Below, piece after piece: positions 16,936 through 24,963 of a stretch of DNA of 60,790 nt. The position numbers and the translations under genes were made by a program. Every line of letters starts with the position of its first letter. Position 1 is the first letter of the stretch. The stretch spans positions 1 to 60,790 of IMG/VR virus record IMGVR_UViG_3300005253_000580, one strand, 5' to 3'. This DNA comes from a virus. Below the pieces are notes generated by a model. That model made no database searches and was not told the origin of the DNA. It saw only the letters and a list, made by a program, of their open reading frames with translations.

Positions 16936-16964
16936 TTGCCAAACCGCTAGGGATGCGCTATGAT
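16936..16964 (+). promoter_or_regulatory. Putative sigma70-type promoter, rightward early arm
   Basis: TTGCCA-17 nt-TATGAT, about 35 nt upstream of the AAGGAGGA RBS and the ATG at 17001. Confidence 0.45.
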
Positions 16965-17000
16965 AGTGCTAGAGAGGGCAAGGAACTAAGGAGGAAGGAC

Positions 17001-17369
17001 ATGGACCGCACGAAAGCGATAGACCACCTGAAGGGATTGCTCAGTCCAGACGATACGGTGTACCTCATCCTCCGGCACGTCTCTGCATCAGGAATGACAC
17101 GATGGATCAGCCCGCTCGTGTTCCGCGAGGGCAGAGCAATGGACCTGACCTACGCCGTTTGCGCCACCCTCGGCATCAAGCGCTCGGAGATCCACGAAGG
17201 CGTTAGGCTGGCGAACCTCGGCGATATGGATTTGGGCTTCCATCTCCTCTACGAGTTGGGCCAAGCGCTCTTCCCTGAAGGCTTCGATATCCAAACGATA
17301 GGCCGCAACGGCGACATCAGCGGCCACGAGCCTGATGGTGGCTACGCCTTCAACCGTGAATGGCTGTAA
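17001..17369 (+). CDS. Hypothetical early protein (first rightward gene)
   Basis: ATG preceded by AAGGAGGAAGG. The ORF track extends to 16953. Confidence 0.6.
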   Translation: MDRTKAIDHLKGLLSPDDTVYLILRHVSASGMTRWISPLVFREGRAMDLTYAVCATLGIKRSEIHEGVRLANLGDMDLGFHLLYELGQALFPEGFDIQTIGRNGDISGHEPDGGYAFNREWL

Positions 17370-17502
17370 TGAGCAGGGACACAGAACGAAGATTCATCCC
17401 CCCAATCGACCACGGGCTCCTCTCACCCTCTGGCAGGGGCTCCACCCCTGTAACGGGCAAGGTCCAGTCCCAAGCCTGGGCCACGAGTAGAGGAGGAGCG
17501 AG

Positions 17503-17652
17503 ATGGATAGCCATTCTTTCGTCAAAGCCATAGTGCTGCTGACAGCAACCATGAGAGAAGGAGTTGAGGTGATAACAGCCTTTGTAAGTGCGTGGAGGCA
17601 AGCCTTCCCTCAACGGGCTATGTGGGGTTGTGGTCAACCGGAGGAGGAGTAG
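17503..17652 (+). CDS. Hypothetical 49-aa protein
   Basis: GAGGAGGAG RBS. Ends in the conserved GGAGGAGTAGCCATG junction. Confidence 0.35.
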   Translation: MDSHSFVKAIVLLTATMREGVEVITAFVSAWRQAFPQRAMWGCGQPEEE

Positions 17653-17654
17653 CC

Positions 17655-17861
17655 ATGCACCATCCAGGCGATTGCCCCATCTGTGGCCTCCTCTGCCGAC
17701 TCCGTAGGGACGGCACCGTGGGGCGGCACTACCCAGCAAGAGGGCGTTGGCGTATGACGGTAAGAGACTGGACCCCGTGCGTGGGCGAGGGCCGCATACC
17801 TGTGCAACATGACGGCAGCTCCACCGTCGCCAGGGCTAGTCACCTATTGCAGGGGGGGTAG
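17655..17861 (+). CDS. Small CxxC protein, paralog 1 of 21093..21317
   Basis: MHHPGDCPICGLLCRLRRDGTVGRHYPA is identical to the paralog. The first 83 nt are identical at DNA level. Confidence 0.55.
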   Translation: MHHPGDCPICGLLCRLRRDGTVGRHYPARGRWRMTVRDWTPCVGEGRIPVQHDGSSTVARASHLLQGG

Positions 17862-17863
17862 AT

Positions 17864-18628
17864 ATGACACGCCCCAGAATAGCCATAGAGGACATTGTGA
17901 CCCTCCGTGCTGGTGGCATCCGTAGCCTCCAAGAGGTGGGTGAAATCCTTGGCGTGACTCGCCAGCGTGTTCATCAACTATTGAAAAGGCATGGAATAAC
18001 AGAGCCATATCATAAGCACCAGTTCCCACTCCTACAGAATGCCGAGTGGCTCCACGCGAATAAGCACCGAACGGCCCGGGAAATAGCCCGATTGTTGGGA
18101 TGCTCTGTAACAACAGTATTGGATCATACCAGGGCTATAGGAATCACGCTCACTATCCGCTACCCCCGCGCCGTTTCTGAGGCGACTATCCATAGCATCA
18201 AAGATGACCCGAGGCCACTCCACGAGATCGGCAAGGCTTTAGGCGTCTCCGTCCAGGTCTTGTCCTTCTGGATGCGTCGAGTAGGAGTAGCAAGAGGGGG
18301 AGGCGGACCGGGCAGAATACGCCCAGCGGTCCGCCAAGCAGCCCAAGCAAGACGCGCAGCCCTCACCCATTGCTTCCATGGGCACGCCTACGCCGAATAC
18401 GGATACTACCAAACACCCAAGGGCTACCGAACATGCAAGGCGTGTTCTAGGTTGGGCCACCAGCGCAATCACCCACCAAAGCCACGTATCCCAATGGTGT
18501 ATTGCAAACGAGGTCATCTCCTGCAACCACCGAACATCAGAATTGAGTCTCGCAGGGACGGAAGAACACAACGCCGATGCTTGCTGTGCGTGAAGATTAA
18601 GAGATCAACACCGCAGCAGAGGAGGTAG
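17864..18628 (+). CDS. Multi-HTH protein with two CxxGH...CxxC zinc modules (putative regulator)
   Basis: EVGEILGVTRQRVHQLL is a sigma-region-4-like HTH. HCFHGH...CKAC and YCKRGH...CLLC are the zinc modules. Confidence 0.6.
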   Translation: MTRPRIAIEDIVTLRAGGIRSLQEVGEILGVTRQRVHQLLKRHGITEPYHKHQFPLLQNAEWLHANKHRTAREIARLLGCSVTTVLDHTRAIGITLTIRYPRAVSEATIHSIKDDPRPLHEIGKALGVSVQVLSFWMRRVGVARGGGGPGRIRPAVRQAAQARRAALTHCFHGHAYAEYGYYQTPKGYRTCKACSRLGHQRNHPPKPRIPMVYCKRGHLLQPPNIRIESRRDGRTQRRCLLCVKIKRSTPQQRR

Positions 18629-18630
18629 AG

Positions 18631-19041
18631 ATGGCACTATTACCAGCCGCAGAACGGTGCCAGAAGCAGGTATCCAGCGCAGGATATTGGCACTCCCGTC
18701 AATGTTATAGCCGATTCTCCTTGACCCGTGAAGGTGTTCGGTACTGCAAGGTCCACGATCCAGTGCGCGTCCAAGAGAAGCGCGACGCTCAATACGCCGA
18801 GTATGAAGCGAAATGGGCAAAAGAGCGCGAAGGTATGCGGCGTCGCCGCGCAGAATCAAAAGCCTGTGAAGGCATCAGCACCAAGGCGCTCGAAGAAGGC
18901 GTGGTCAAGGAAATGGTGAAGGCTGCCAAGTCAGCCCTGAGCGCCATTCGGCGCATGGAGCGAACCCTGGAAGAAGATGAACACCTTATATCAGTGGCTA
19001 TGCACTTGGCCACTGTCCTTGCCAAGGCTGAGGAGGAGTAG
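18631..19041 (+). CDS. Hypothetical protein (Cys/His N-terminus, coiled-coil C-terminus)
   Basis: 136-aa ORF, RBS GGAGGTAG, tightly packed. Confidence 0.55.
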   Translation: MALLPAAERCQKQVSSAGYWHSRQCYSRFSLTREGVRYCKVHDPVRVQEKRDAQYAEYEAKWAKEREGMRRRRAESKACEGISTKALEEGVVKEMVKAAKSALSAIRRMERTLEEDEHLISVAMHLATVLAKAEEE

Positions 19042-19043
19042 CC

Positions 19044-19358
19044 GTGCAGATCAACACCGACGCCCCCATCCTCCACGACTGCCGGTGCGGGACGAGTAAA
19101 AGCAGCCGCCCCCACCACGAATTCTACAAGGGCTTCCTCATCCATCGCTGGAACGGTGGCCGCTGCCTGATCCCCCTGGAGATACCCACCAAAGAGGCGG
19201 GCAACTACATGATGAAGACGCCCATCCAACACTGGTCAGCTGAAGAAAAGGTGTCTTGCCTCTATTTCAAGGGGCCCGGCTCTGACCGTATCTACACAGC
19301 AATCGACCGCTTCTGGGCGGCCGTGCAGGCAGGGCTTGCACAACCCGCACCTGGATAG
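19044..19358 (+). CDS. Hypothetical protein (GTG start)
   Basis: Preceded by the GGAGGAGTAGCCGTG junction. Confidence 0.5.
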   Translation: MQINTDAPILHDCRCGTSKSSRPHHEFYKGFLIHRWNGGRCLIPLEIPTKEAGNYMMKTPIQHWSAEEKVSCLYFKGPGSDRIYTAIDRFWAAVQAGLAQPAPG

Positions 19359-19365
19359 CATAAAG

Positions 19366-19389
19366 CCCCGGCGGGTCGATTCGCCGGGG
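19366..19389 (+). promoter_or_regulatory. Conserved GC stem-loop, copy 1
   Basis: agcataaaG-CCCCGGCG-ggtcgatt-CGCCGGGG-cagagcagca, just after a stop codon. No U-tract. Confidence 0.5.
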
Positions 19390-19432
19390 CAGAGCAGCAC
19401 CAAGGGGGTTAGCGATGGTGCCAGGATGTCCC

Positions 19433-19460
19433 TTGACACCCCCGCTTTGACTGCTATCAT
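19433..19460 (+). promoter_or_regulatory. Putative promoter with leaderless geometry
   Basis: TTGACA-16 nt-TATCAT, then 6 nt to the ATG at 19467. No SD. Confidence 0.3.
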
Positions 19461-19466
19461 GCCCGT

Positions 19467-19661
19467 ATGGACACACCTGGAGAACAGCACTGTGACTGGT
19501 GCGGACTACCGTTCAAGACCGACATCCATGCCGCCGGCACCCAGCGCTTCTGCCCTGGCGGAAAGTGCCAACGAGCCTCCGCCACAGAGCTCCGGAGACA
19601 AGAACGAGAGGTCCGCCGGGCCCTCGCTCACATGCTCCCACCGATCACGAAGCCAGCATAA
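19467..19661 (+). CDS. Small zinc-ribbon protein
   Basis: CDWCG...FCPGGKC. Confidence 0.5.
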   Translation: MDTPGEQHCDWCGLPFKTDIHAAGTQRFCPGGKCQRASATELRRQEREVRRALAHMLPPITKPA

Positions 19662-19663
19662 GG

Positions 19664-19690
19664 CCCCGGCGCTGCGACATTACGCCGGGG
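19664..19690 (+). promoter_or_regulatory. Conserved GC stem-loop, copy 2
   Basis: agcataagG-CCCCGGCG-ctgcgacatta-CGCCGGGG-cagagtagca, with the same flanks as copy 1. Confidence 0.5.
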
Positions 19691-19718
19691 CAGAGTAGCA
19701 GCACAGGAGGCGACAACA

Positions 19719-19928
19719 ATGCTGCAACCACGACCCAGTATACACCCCAGGACGGTCCGCCATCTATGCGGCAATTGCGGGCACCCTGTCCCCATCGGTA
19801 CGGAGATCCGATGCTACCACCCCAATCGCACGGTGACACTCTGTGAGCACTGCGTCGATTGCGACCGGGATTGTGCAGACGTGCATCGGCGGGTCCACCT
19901 GATTGAGTTGCAAGAGCAGGAGGTGTAG
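19719..19928 (+). CDS. Small Cys-rich protein
   Basis: CGNCG...CEHCVDCDRDC. Confidence 0.5.
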   Translation: MLQPRPSIHPRTVRHLCGNCGHPVPIGTEIRCYHPNRTVTLCEHCVDCDRDCADVHRRVHLIELQEQEV

Positions 19929-19930
19929 CG

Positions 19931-20746
19931 ATGGGTATCTACTACAAGGGCACTCAGTTGGATGGCTTTGATTGGCATACAGGCCGCACGATCAACTACC
20001 GCACGGCGCTGGGCTCCAAGGCTATCCACCCCAGACCAAACCCTGCGGCTGACTTGTGCTCTGACGGCGTTCTCCACGCATCGCCAACCCCCGAAGGGGT
20101 GTTCATCGGCTCTCGTATCCCCTTGGCCCTCTTCCGCGTAGAGGGTACGCCCGTAGTCGAGGACACGGAGAAGGCGGGGTTTGTCGAGTTAACCGTCATC
20201 GAGGAACTGGACCCCGCCAAGACGTTTCGCTGGAACTACGCAGGGGCAGCAAGCCCAGTCAATCCACTACTCCTAACCCCTCCAGCCATAGACGGTGAGA
20301 TCATGGCATTGGTACGGACATGGGCCAGCGTCGGGGCCAGCGTCGGGGCCAGCGTCTGGGCCAGCGTCTGGGACAGCGTCGGGGACAGCGTCAGGGCCAG
20401 CGTCGGGGCCAGCGTCGGGGCCAGCGTCTGGGTCAGCGTCGGGGACAGCGTCGGGGCCAGCGTCAGGGCCAGCGTCTGGGCCAGCGTCAGGGCCAGCGTC
20501 TGGGACAGCGTCAGGGACAGCGTCTGGGTCAGCGTCAGGGCCAGCGTCTGGGACAGCGTCGGGGCCAGCGTCGGGGCTTACATCGGATCGCTGTTCGTGG
20601 CTGTCGTGCCCGACTGGGATACCAACTACCCATACCAATCCGCCGTTGATCTGTGGCGGAAAGGACTCGTGCTGTCATATGACGGTCGCCTCTATCGCCT
20701 GCACGGCCACCGTGACGCTCGCATCCTGTGGGAAGGGACGGTGTAG
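19931..20746 (+). CDS. Protein with a central 21-unit tetrapeptide repeat [W/G/R]-[A/D/V]-S-V
   Basis: N-terminal globular part (CSDGVLHASPTPEG) and a non-repetitive C-terminus. The other frames through the repeat are low-complexity artefacts. Confidence 0.65.
   Translation: MGIYYKGTQLDGFDWHTGRTINYRTALGSKAIHPRPNPAADLCSDGVLHASPTPEGVFIGSRIPLALFRVEGTPVVEDTEKAGFVELTVIEELDPAKTFRWNYAGAASPVNPLLLTPPAIDGEIMALVRTWASVGASVGASVWASVWDSVGDSVRASVGASVGASVWVSVGDSVGASVRASVWASVRASVWDSVRDSVWVSVRASVWDSVGASVGAYIGSLFVAVVPDWDTNYPYQSAVDLWRKGLVLSYDGRLYRLHGHRDARILWEGTV
20321..20572 (+). repeat. Tandem repeat, 21 x 12 nt, consensus [T/G/A]GGG[C/A/T]CAGCGTC
   Basis: Counted unit by unit. 10 of 12 positions are invariant in all 21 units. 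Confidence 0.95.
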
Positions 20747-20748
20747 CG

Positions 20749-21090
20749 ATGGAATGGACAGAACTAACTAGCCAGCAACGGAGCGGGGCTCTCACGGGCC
20801 TCACCTACAGGATTACCAGGACAACCATCTCACTCAGTCCTGATGCCTGCAACTTTCTGGGGGAACGTGTGCGCATTGTGCAGGACGGCAACCGGATAGG
20901 ATTCCTCCCCGCAGAGGAAGGTGTTGGCCAAAGGATACTTTGGACGGGGGGAACGGCTGCGGGCCAAATCGTAAACCGCCATCGCTCCCCTTTGCGTCAT
21001 CTCCCCAGCGGTGGACCCCTTGCACTCCATCGGGAAGCCACAGAAGGCTACGGCGACGCCCTAGTCGGTGATCTGCCCCTGGAGGTGTAG
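20749..21090 (+). CDS. Hypothetical protein (start at the ATG after the GTGTAGCGATG junction)
   Basis: MEWTELTSQQ.... The ORF track begins at 20728. Confidence 0.5.
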   Translation: MEWTELTSQQRSGALTGLTYRITRTTISLSPDACNFLGERVRIVQDGNRIGFLPAEEGVGQRILWTGGTAAGQIVNRHRSPLRHLPSGGPLALHREATEGYGDALVGDLPLEV

Positions 21091-21092
21091 CG

Positions 21093-21317
21093 ATGCACCA
21101 TCCAGGCGATTGCCCCATCTGTGGCCTCCTCTGCCGACTCCGTAGGGACGGCACCGTGGGGCGGCACTACCCAGCTACGGCGCGATGGCGCTATACACCC
21201 AACGGGGGTATGACCCACGACAGCGACCCGTGCAATGGAGAAGGGCAGAAGCCTACGCCTCACGTCGGCAGTTCAGCCGTCGCCAAGGCTAGCCATCTGT
21301 TACAGGAGACCCCATGA
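21093..21317 (+). CDS. Small CxxC protein, paralog 2 of 17655..17861
   Basis: The first 83 nt are identical to 17655-17737. The C-terminus SSAVAKASHLLQ compares with SSTVARASHLLQ. Confidence 0.55.
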   Translation: MHHPGDCPICGLLCRLRRDGTVGRHYPATARWRYTPNGGMTHDSDPCNGEGQKPTPHVGSSAVAKASHLLQETP

Positions 21318-21787
21318 CCACTGCCGAAGAGCACCGCGAAGCCATCACCACTCAGGCCCACCTCGTGCGAGTCGCACGAGAGAATCATCGTCACCTCAGC
21401 GCTAACATGTCACGAGCCGTGACTGCATTCGAGACGAAGCTCATCACCGAACGCCAAGAACTAGCTGACGCCAGTGATGCCGTGCTTACCACAGAGGCCC
21501 AGCTACGCGCCCTCACCCTCGCAGCCTTCGCCGATGACCCCACCAACAAGGCTCCAGGCCCCGGCGTCGGCATCCGCGTGGCAACCAACCTGGAGTACGA
21601 TCCGGGAACAGCCTATGACTATGCCTTGTCACACAGCCTGTTTCTGACGCTGGATAGGCGAGCGTTTGACCGACACGCAAGTGCAGAGACCCCCTCCTTC
21701 GTAACCAAGACAGAGATACCCCAAGCCACCATCACGGCCAAACTGAGTGAGGCGCTCGGCCTGCCGGCGGAGGGTGGGCCGTTTTGA
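21314..21787 (+). CDS. Hypothetical protein (upstream of the recombination gene)
   Basis: 157-aa ORF with a 4-nt overlap to the upstream gene. Confidence 0.55.
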   Translation: MTTAEEHREAITTQAHLVRVARENHRHLSANMSRAVTAFETKLITERQELADASDAVLTTEAQLRALTLAAFADDPTNKAPGPGVGIRVATNLEYDPGTAYDYALSHSLFLTLDRRAFDRHASAETPSFVTKTEIPQATITAKLSEALGLPAEGGPF

Positions 21788-21945
21788 TGAGATTTGACTG
21801 TCTCTATTGTGATTGGAACACCCGCCAGCTCAAAAAGGCATTCGCGCACTGGATCAATCACATAGCCGCTGGAGGAAAGCATGAACGATCTGCTACAGAA
21901 GCCACGGCCACCCACCAGGGAGCCCTACCTCCCCAGCGATGATCC
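21787..21945 (+). CDS. Possible 52-aa C2H2-type zinc-finger protein (below the track cutoff; overlaps 21881..22081)
   Basis: MRFDCLYCDWNTRQLKKAFAHWINH fits C-x2-C-x12-H-x3-H. TGATG overlap with the upstream stop. Confidence 0.3.
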
Positions 21946-22081
21946 CGTATGCCGACTGGACGGGGAGCCTCTGTCGGCCCATGAGCGCTGTGAATACTCA
22001 GTCCTGGTAGGCCCCCAGCACGAGACCAGGACGGCTCCCTGCCTTACCTGCGCCTACTACACAGCCACAGGAGGAGAATAG
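21881..22081 (+). CDS. Hypothetical small protein
   Basis: GGAGGA RBS 5 nt upstream of the ATG. Confidence 0.4.
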   Translation: MNDLLQKPRPPTREPYLPSDDPVCRLDGEPLSAHERCEYSVLVGPQHETRTAPCLTCAYYTATGGE

Positions 22082-22083
22082 AC

Positions 22084-22977
22084 ATGGCAACCACCGAACG
22101 CTCGTTTGCAGCCAGAGAACAGAGGGAACTCGCCACCACTGAGGAAGCTAGGGGGCGACTCGCTGACATACGGCAGTTCGTGCGCACGGAACTAATCGAA
22201 GGCCAGGACTACGGGACCATCCCCGGCACTCAGAAGCCGAGCCTCTGGCAGCCTGGGGCGGAGAAGCTCACCGAGAAGCTGATGTTGGCCCCTACCTTTG
22301 ACTCCGTTAGCTGGGTGGTGGAAGACCATGAGCGCGGTGCTTACATGGTGGACGTGCTGTGCCGCCTCATCTACTACCCCACGGGCCAGATTGTGGCGGA
22401 GTGCTTCGGCAGTGCTGCCAGAGACGCCACGGACGATAAGCCCAACCCTTCCTTCCGAGAGAAGGGGCTAGCACGGAACACCACCATCAAGATGGCTCAG
22501 AAGTCAGCCCTGGTGGGAGCGGTTCTGAAAGCGGCACGGCTGGCCGTGGAGTTCACACAGGACGTTGAGGACATGACCATGCCTCCTCAAAAGCAAGAGG
22601 GCGGGCCTTCTGCAATATGCCCAGAGTGTGGCGGTCCTCTCCGAACGGGTATCTCCCCAAAGAACAACAAGCGCTGGTGGCGCTGCGATGCCTGCGACAA
22701 GTTTGTCAATGAGCCCCAGCAGCGCGAACTCGGCGATGACCAGCCAGTCCCGAAGCCAGAGCATACCGCCCTACAACTGAGCGTCCAGAAGATCAGGAAC
22801 AACTCCCTGATGCTATGGCCCTACAACCCCGAAGAACGCAAGGCAGAGGCGGACGCTTGGATTCAGAAATACCTCGGCCACTCCTTCGAGGAGCTGGACG
22901 AGACTGAGATGGCTATAGCAGCAGACGAACTGGAGCGGTTGGTGGCGGCGAACCTGGAGCCCAACGATGGGAAGTGA
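22084..22977 (+). CDS. Putative ssDNA-annealing/recombination protein with C-terminal zinc ribbon (family assignment tentative)
   Basis: DYGTIPGTQKPSLWQPGAEKL block and CPECGG...CDACDKF. Sits in a replication/recombination neighbourhood with RusA downstream. Confidence 0.4.
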   Translation: MATTERSFAAREQRELATTEEARGRLADIRQFVRTELIEGQDYGTIPGTQKPSLWQPGAEKLTEKLMLAPTFDSVSWVVEDHERGAYMVDVLCRLIYYPTGQIVAECFGSAARDATDDKPNPSFREKGLARNTTIKMAQKSALVGAVLKAARLAVEFTQDVEDMTMPPQKQEGGPSAICPECGGPLRTGISPKNNKRWWRCDACDKFVNEPQQRELGDDQPVPKPEHTALQLSVQKIRNNSLMLWPYNPEERKAEADAWIQKYLGHSFEELDETEMAIAADELERLVAANLEPNDGK

Positions 22978-23245
22978 GTCCATTCTGCTAGACCTGATCG
23001 AGGACGTGAAGCAGGCTATCACGGATGAAGGCACGCTCCGAACACACCTCGTGGAGATAGTAGCCAACCTGGAGGCTGTGCCAGACCGCCTAACCGGCCT
23101 GACCCAGGGCCAGGACACCCTCCCCGACCACGAGCGCAGGCTGGACGCGGCGATAGCAGCGATAGCCAGAGTGTCATTGCTTACTATGAGCAACCGCGAA
23201 ATAGCGGTGATAGTCGCCCGCGCCTACGTGGGGTTCCGGCCTTGA
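22967..23245 (+). CDS. Hypothetical protein
   Basis: 92-aa ORF overlapping both neighbours by a few nt. Confidence 0.45.
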   Translation: MGSESILLDLIEDVKQAITDEGTLRTHLVEIVANLEAVPDRLTGLTQGQDTLPDHERRLDAAIAAIARVSLLTMSNREIAVIVARAYVGFRP

Positions 23246-24078
23246 CCCTCGCCGAGTGGAAGGCCCGCGTATCCGTTGCCTCTGGTGGCCTCTGCGCCGC
23301 TTGTCGCAACAAGCCAATCTCGGAGTTCGATCATATAATTGCGCGCTCGCTGGCCCCCGAGCTGATAGACGAGCCTTCGAATCAACTCCCCGTGTGCCGC
23401 GAGTGCCACGAGCGAAAGGAGCGGGGCGAGCTCACCTGGGGCCGGGACGGAGGCATCCTGTGGATCGAGGGCGAGGGGGTCAGTGTGCGGAGGCACTGGC
23501 CCCCCACCGATGTTGCCATTGGCCTCTTATCCCACGTCAACTACTCGACCAATGCCATCCAGCACCACGCCGAGGAGCTTGGCTTTCTGGATGACCAGGA
23601 ACTACTCGATTACGTAGCGGCTCTCAGGGAGCATGAGGGGGTCACCTACCACCTCCAGTGCCTCGCCCTAGCCGAGGGAAGCCGCCGCAACCTCTATGGG
23701 GACAAGATGATGTTCTACCGCGCCGCCGCCGAGGAAACCCGCCTCAGCGTCCGTAGCGTCCAGGACCGGACTAAGGTGGGCGCCGCCTTCGGTGAGCGGC
23801 TCATGGATGAGGAGGTGCAGAACCTACCGGAGGGCCACCTGGTCGCCCTGGCACGGGCCGAGAAGCCCCTGGAGGCCCTGGACCTAGCTCTGGCGCAGAA
23901 GGCCGAGAAAGGCACCTACACCCTCCAGGAGATGAGCGATGATCTGCACTTGAAACACCGGGAATTCTGCCACTTCTGGAGCAGCGAAGAGGGTACCAAC
24001 GGCACATGTTTGGTGGAAAGAATGGCGAATCTTGCCAAAGTTGACGCCGCCCCCGATTCGGGGGTAGAATCACCGTGA
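23242..24078 (+). CDS. HNH-domain protein (type C) with a helical C-terminal extension
   Basis: CAACRN...FDHIIARS...NQLPVCRECHERK. Confidence 0.6.
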   Translation: MTLAEWKARVSVASGGLCAACRNKPISEFDHIIARSLAPELIDEPSNQLPVCRECHERKERGELTWGRDGGILWIEGEGVSVRRHWPPTDVAIGLLSHVNYSTNAIQHHAEELGFLDDQELLDYVAALREHEGVTYHLQCLALAEGSRRNLYGDKMMFYRAAAEETRLSVRSVQDRTKVGAAFGERLMDEEVQNLPEGHLVALARAEKPLEALDLALAQKAEKGTYTLQEMSDDLHLKHREFCHFWSSEEGTNGTCLVERMANLAKVDAAPDSGVESP

Positions 24079-24138
24079 AATGAAGCTGCCCCAGGCTGGC
24101 GAGGCCCGGGGACAGCGGCCAGCGGGAAGACGCTGACG

Positions 24139-24963
24139 GTGGAGTCAGTATACCAAACCTCCCCGCTAGGCGCAAAGGGAGGTTATCTTTTGCCCGAACA
24201 AAACACTATGACTCGCAATGAGCAACTAATCGCCCTCCATGCCGAAGGCTATACCCTGGCAGAGGTTGGGCGGGAACTGGGCATCACAAGGGAGAGGGTG
24301 CGCCAGATTCTCAACACAAAGGGCACCTTCAACCGTAACGGAAACGTGGTGAAGTATCCGATGCTACGCGACCACGGATGGCTCTCGGAACACGCTGATT
24401 GGGCCATCAAAGATCTGGTAAAGATGACAGGAGCCAGCCAGACAACCATCAACCTCGCATTCCACACACTCAGCATCCCCCGAAACGCCCCACCCCCGAC
24501 CAGCCCCCCTAGGAGGACTCACTGCCCCCGCGGGCATCTCATAGTGGGGCATAACGTTTACGGCTACCAGTGCCGGATATGCTTCAACGAGACTCGGCGG
24601 CTAACCCGCACACCCAAAGGGGCAAGACGCGGAAGAAGACTAGAAGATAGCGACTACTACAGAGACCGCCCAGACCTCAAGATCGCTAACATCTGGAAGG
24701 AGAACGGGACAATGGAACTCACCAAGGGGAGACATTGGATCATCAGCGCGAGTTATCTGCAATGGCTGCAAGATAACGGCCACGCCGATATGCTAGGTCA
24801 GTTCGCGGCGCTTCTGCAAAAACGAGATGTCTATCTAGCGAAGAGGCGTGGACTCACCCGCTATCACATGATGGACGATACTGCTCTCCTAAGACATCGT
24901 GAGAAGCTAGAAACTCAACTCCAGAATATATCGCATGTTGCAGTAGAGCGAGGCATTCAGTGA
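24139..24963 (+). CDS. HTH protein with a CxxGH...CxxC zinc module (putative regulator). Start uncertain.
   Basis: LAEVGRELGITRERVRQILN is a sigma-region-4-like HTH. HCPRGH...CRIC is the zinc module. Confidence 0.55.
   Translation: MESVYQTSPLGAKGGYLLPEQNTMTRNEQLIALHAEGYTLAEVGRELGITRERVRQILNTKGTFNRNGNVVKYPMLRDHGWLSEHADWAIKDLVKMTGASQTTINLAFHTLSIPRNAPPPTSPPRRTHCPRGHLIVGHNVYGYQCRICFNETRRLTRTPKGARRGRRLEDSDYYRDRPDLKIANIWKENGTMELTKGRHWIISASYLQWLQDNGHADMLGQFAALLQKRDVYLAKRRGLTRYHMMDDTALLRHREKLETQLQNISHVAVERGIQ

Noticed and set aside
20321-20572. CRISPR array or diversity-generating retroelement target.
   Set aside because: The units are contiguous 12-mers with no spacers, so this is not a CRISPR array. 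No reverse transcriptase or template repeat is present anywhere in the genome, and the variable sites are not restricted to adenine-templated positions as expected for a DGR.
20273-20771. Three additional ORFs through the 12-nt repeat: PDAGPDAV..., ASGPASGT... and GQRRGQRL....
   Set aside because: A 12-nt perfect-period repeat is automatically open in every frame. Only frame 19931..20746 has non-repetitive, protein-like N- and C-terminal flanks and a proper junction motif/RBS.
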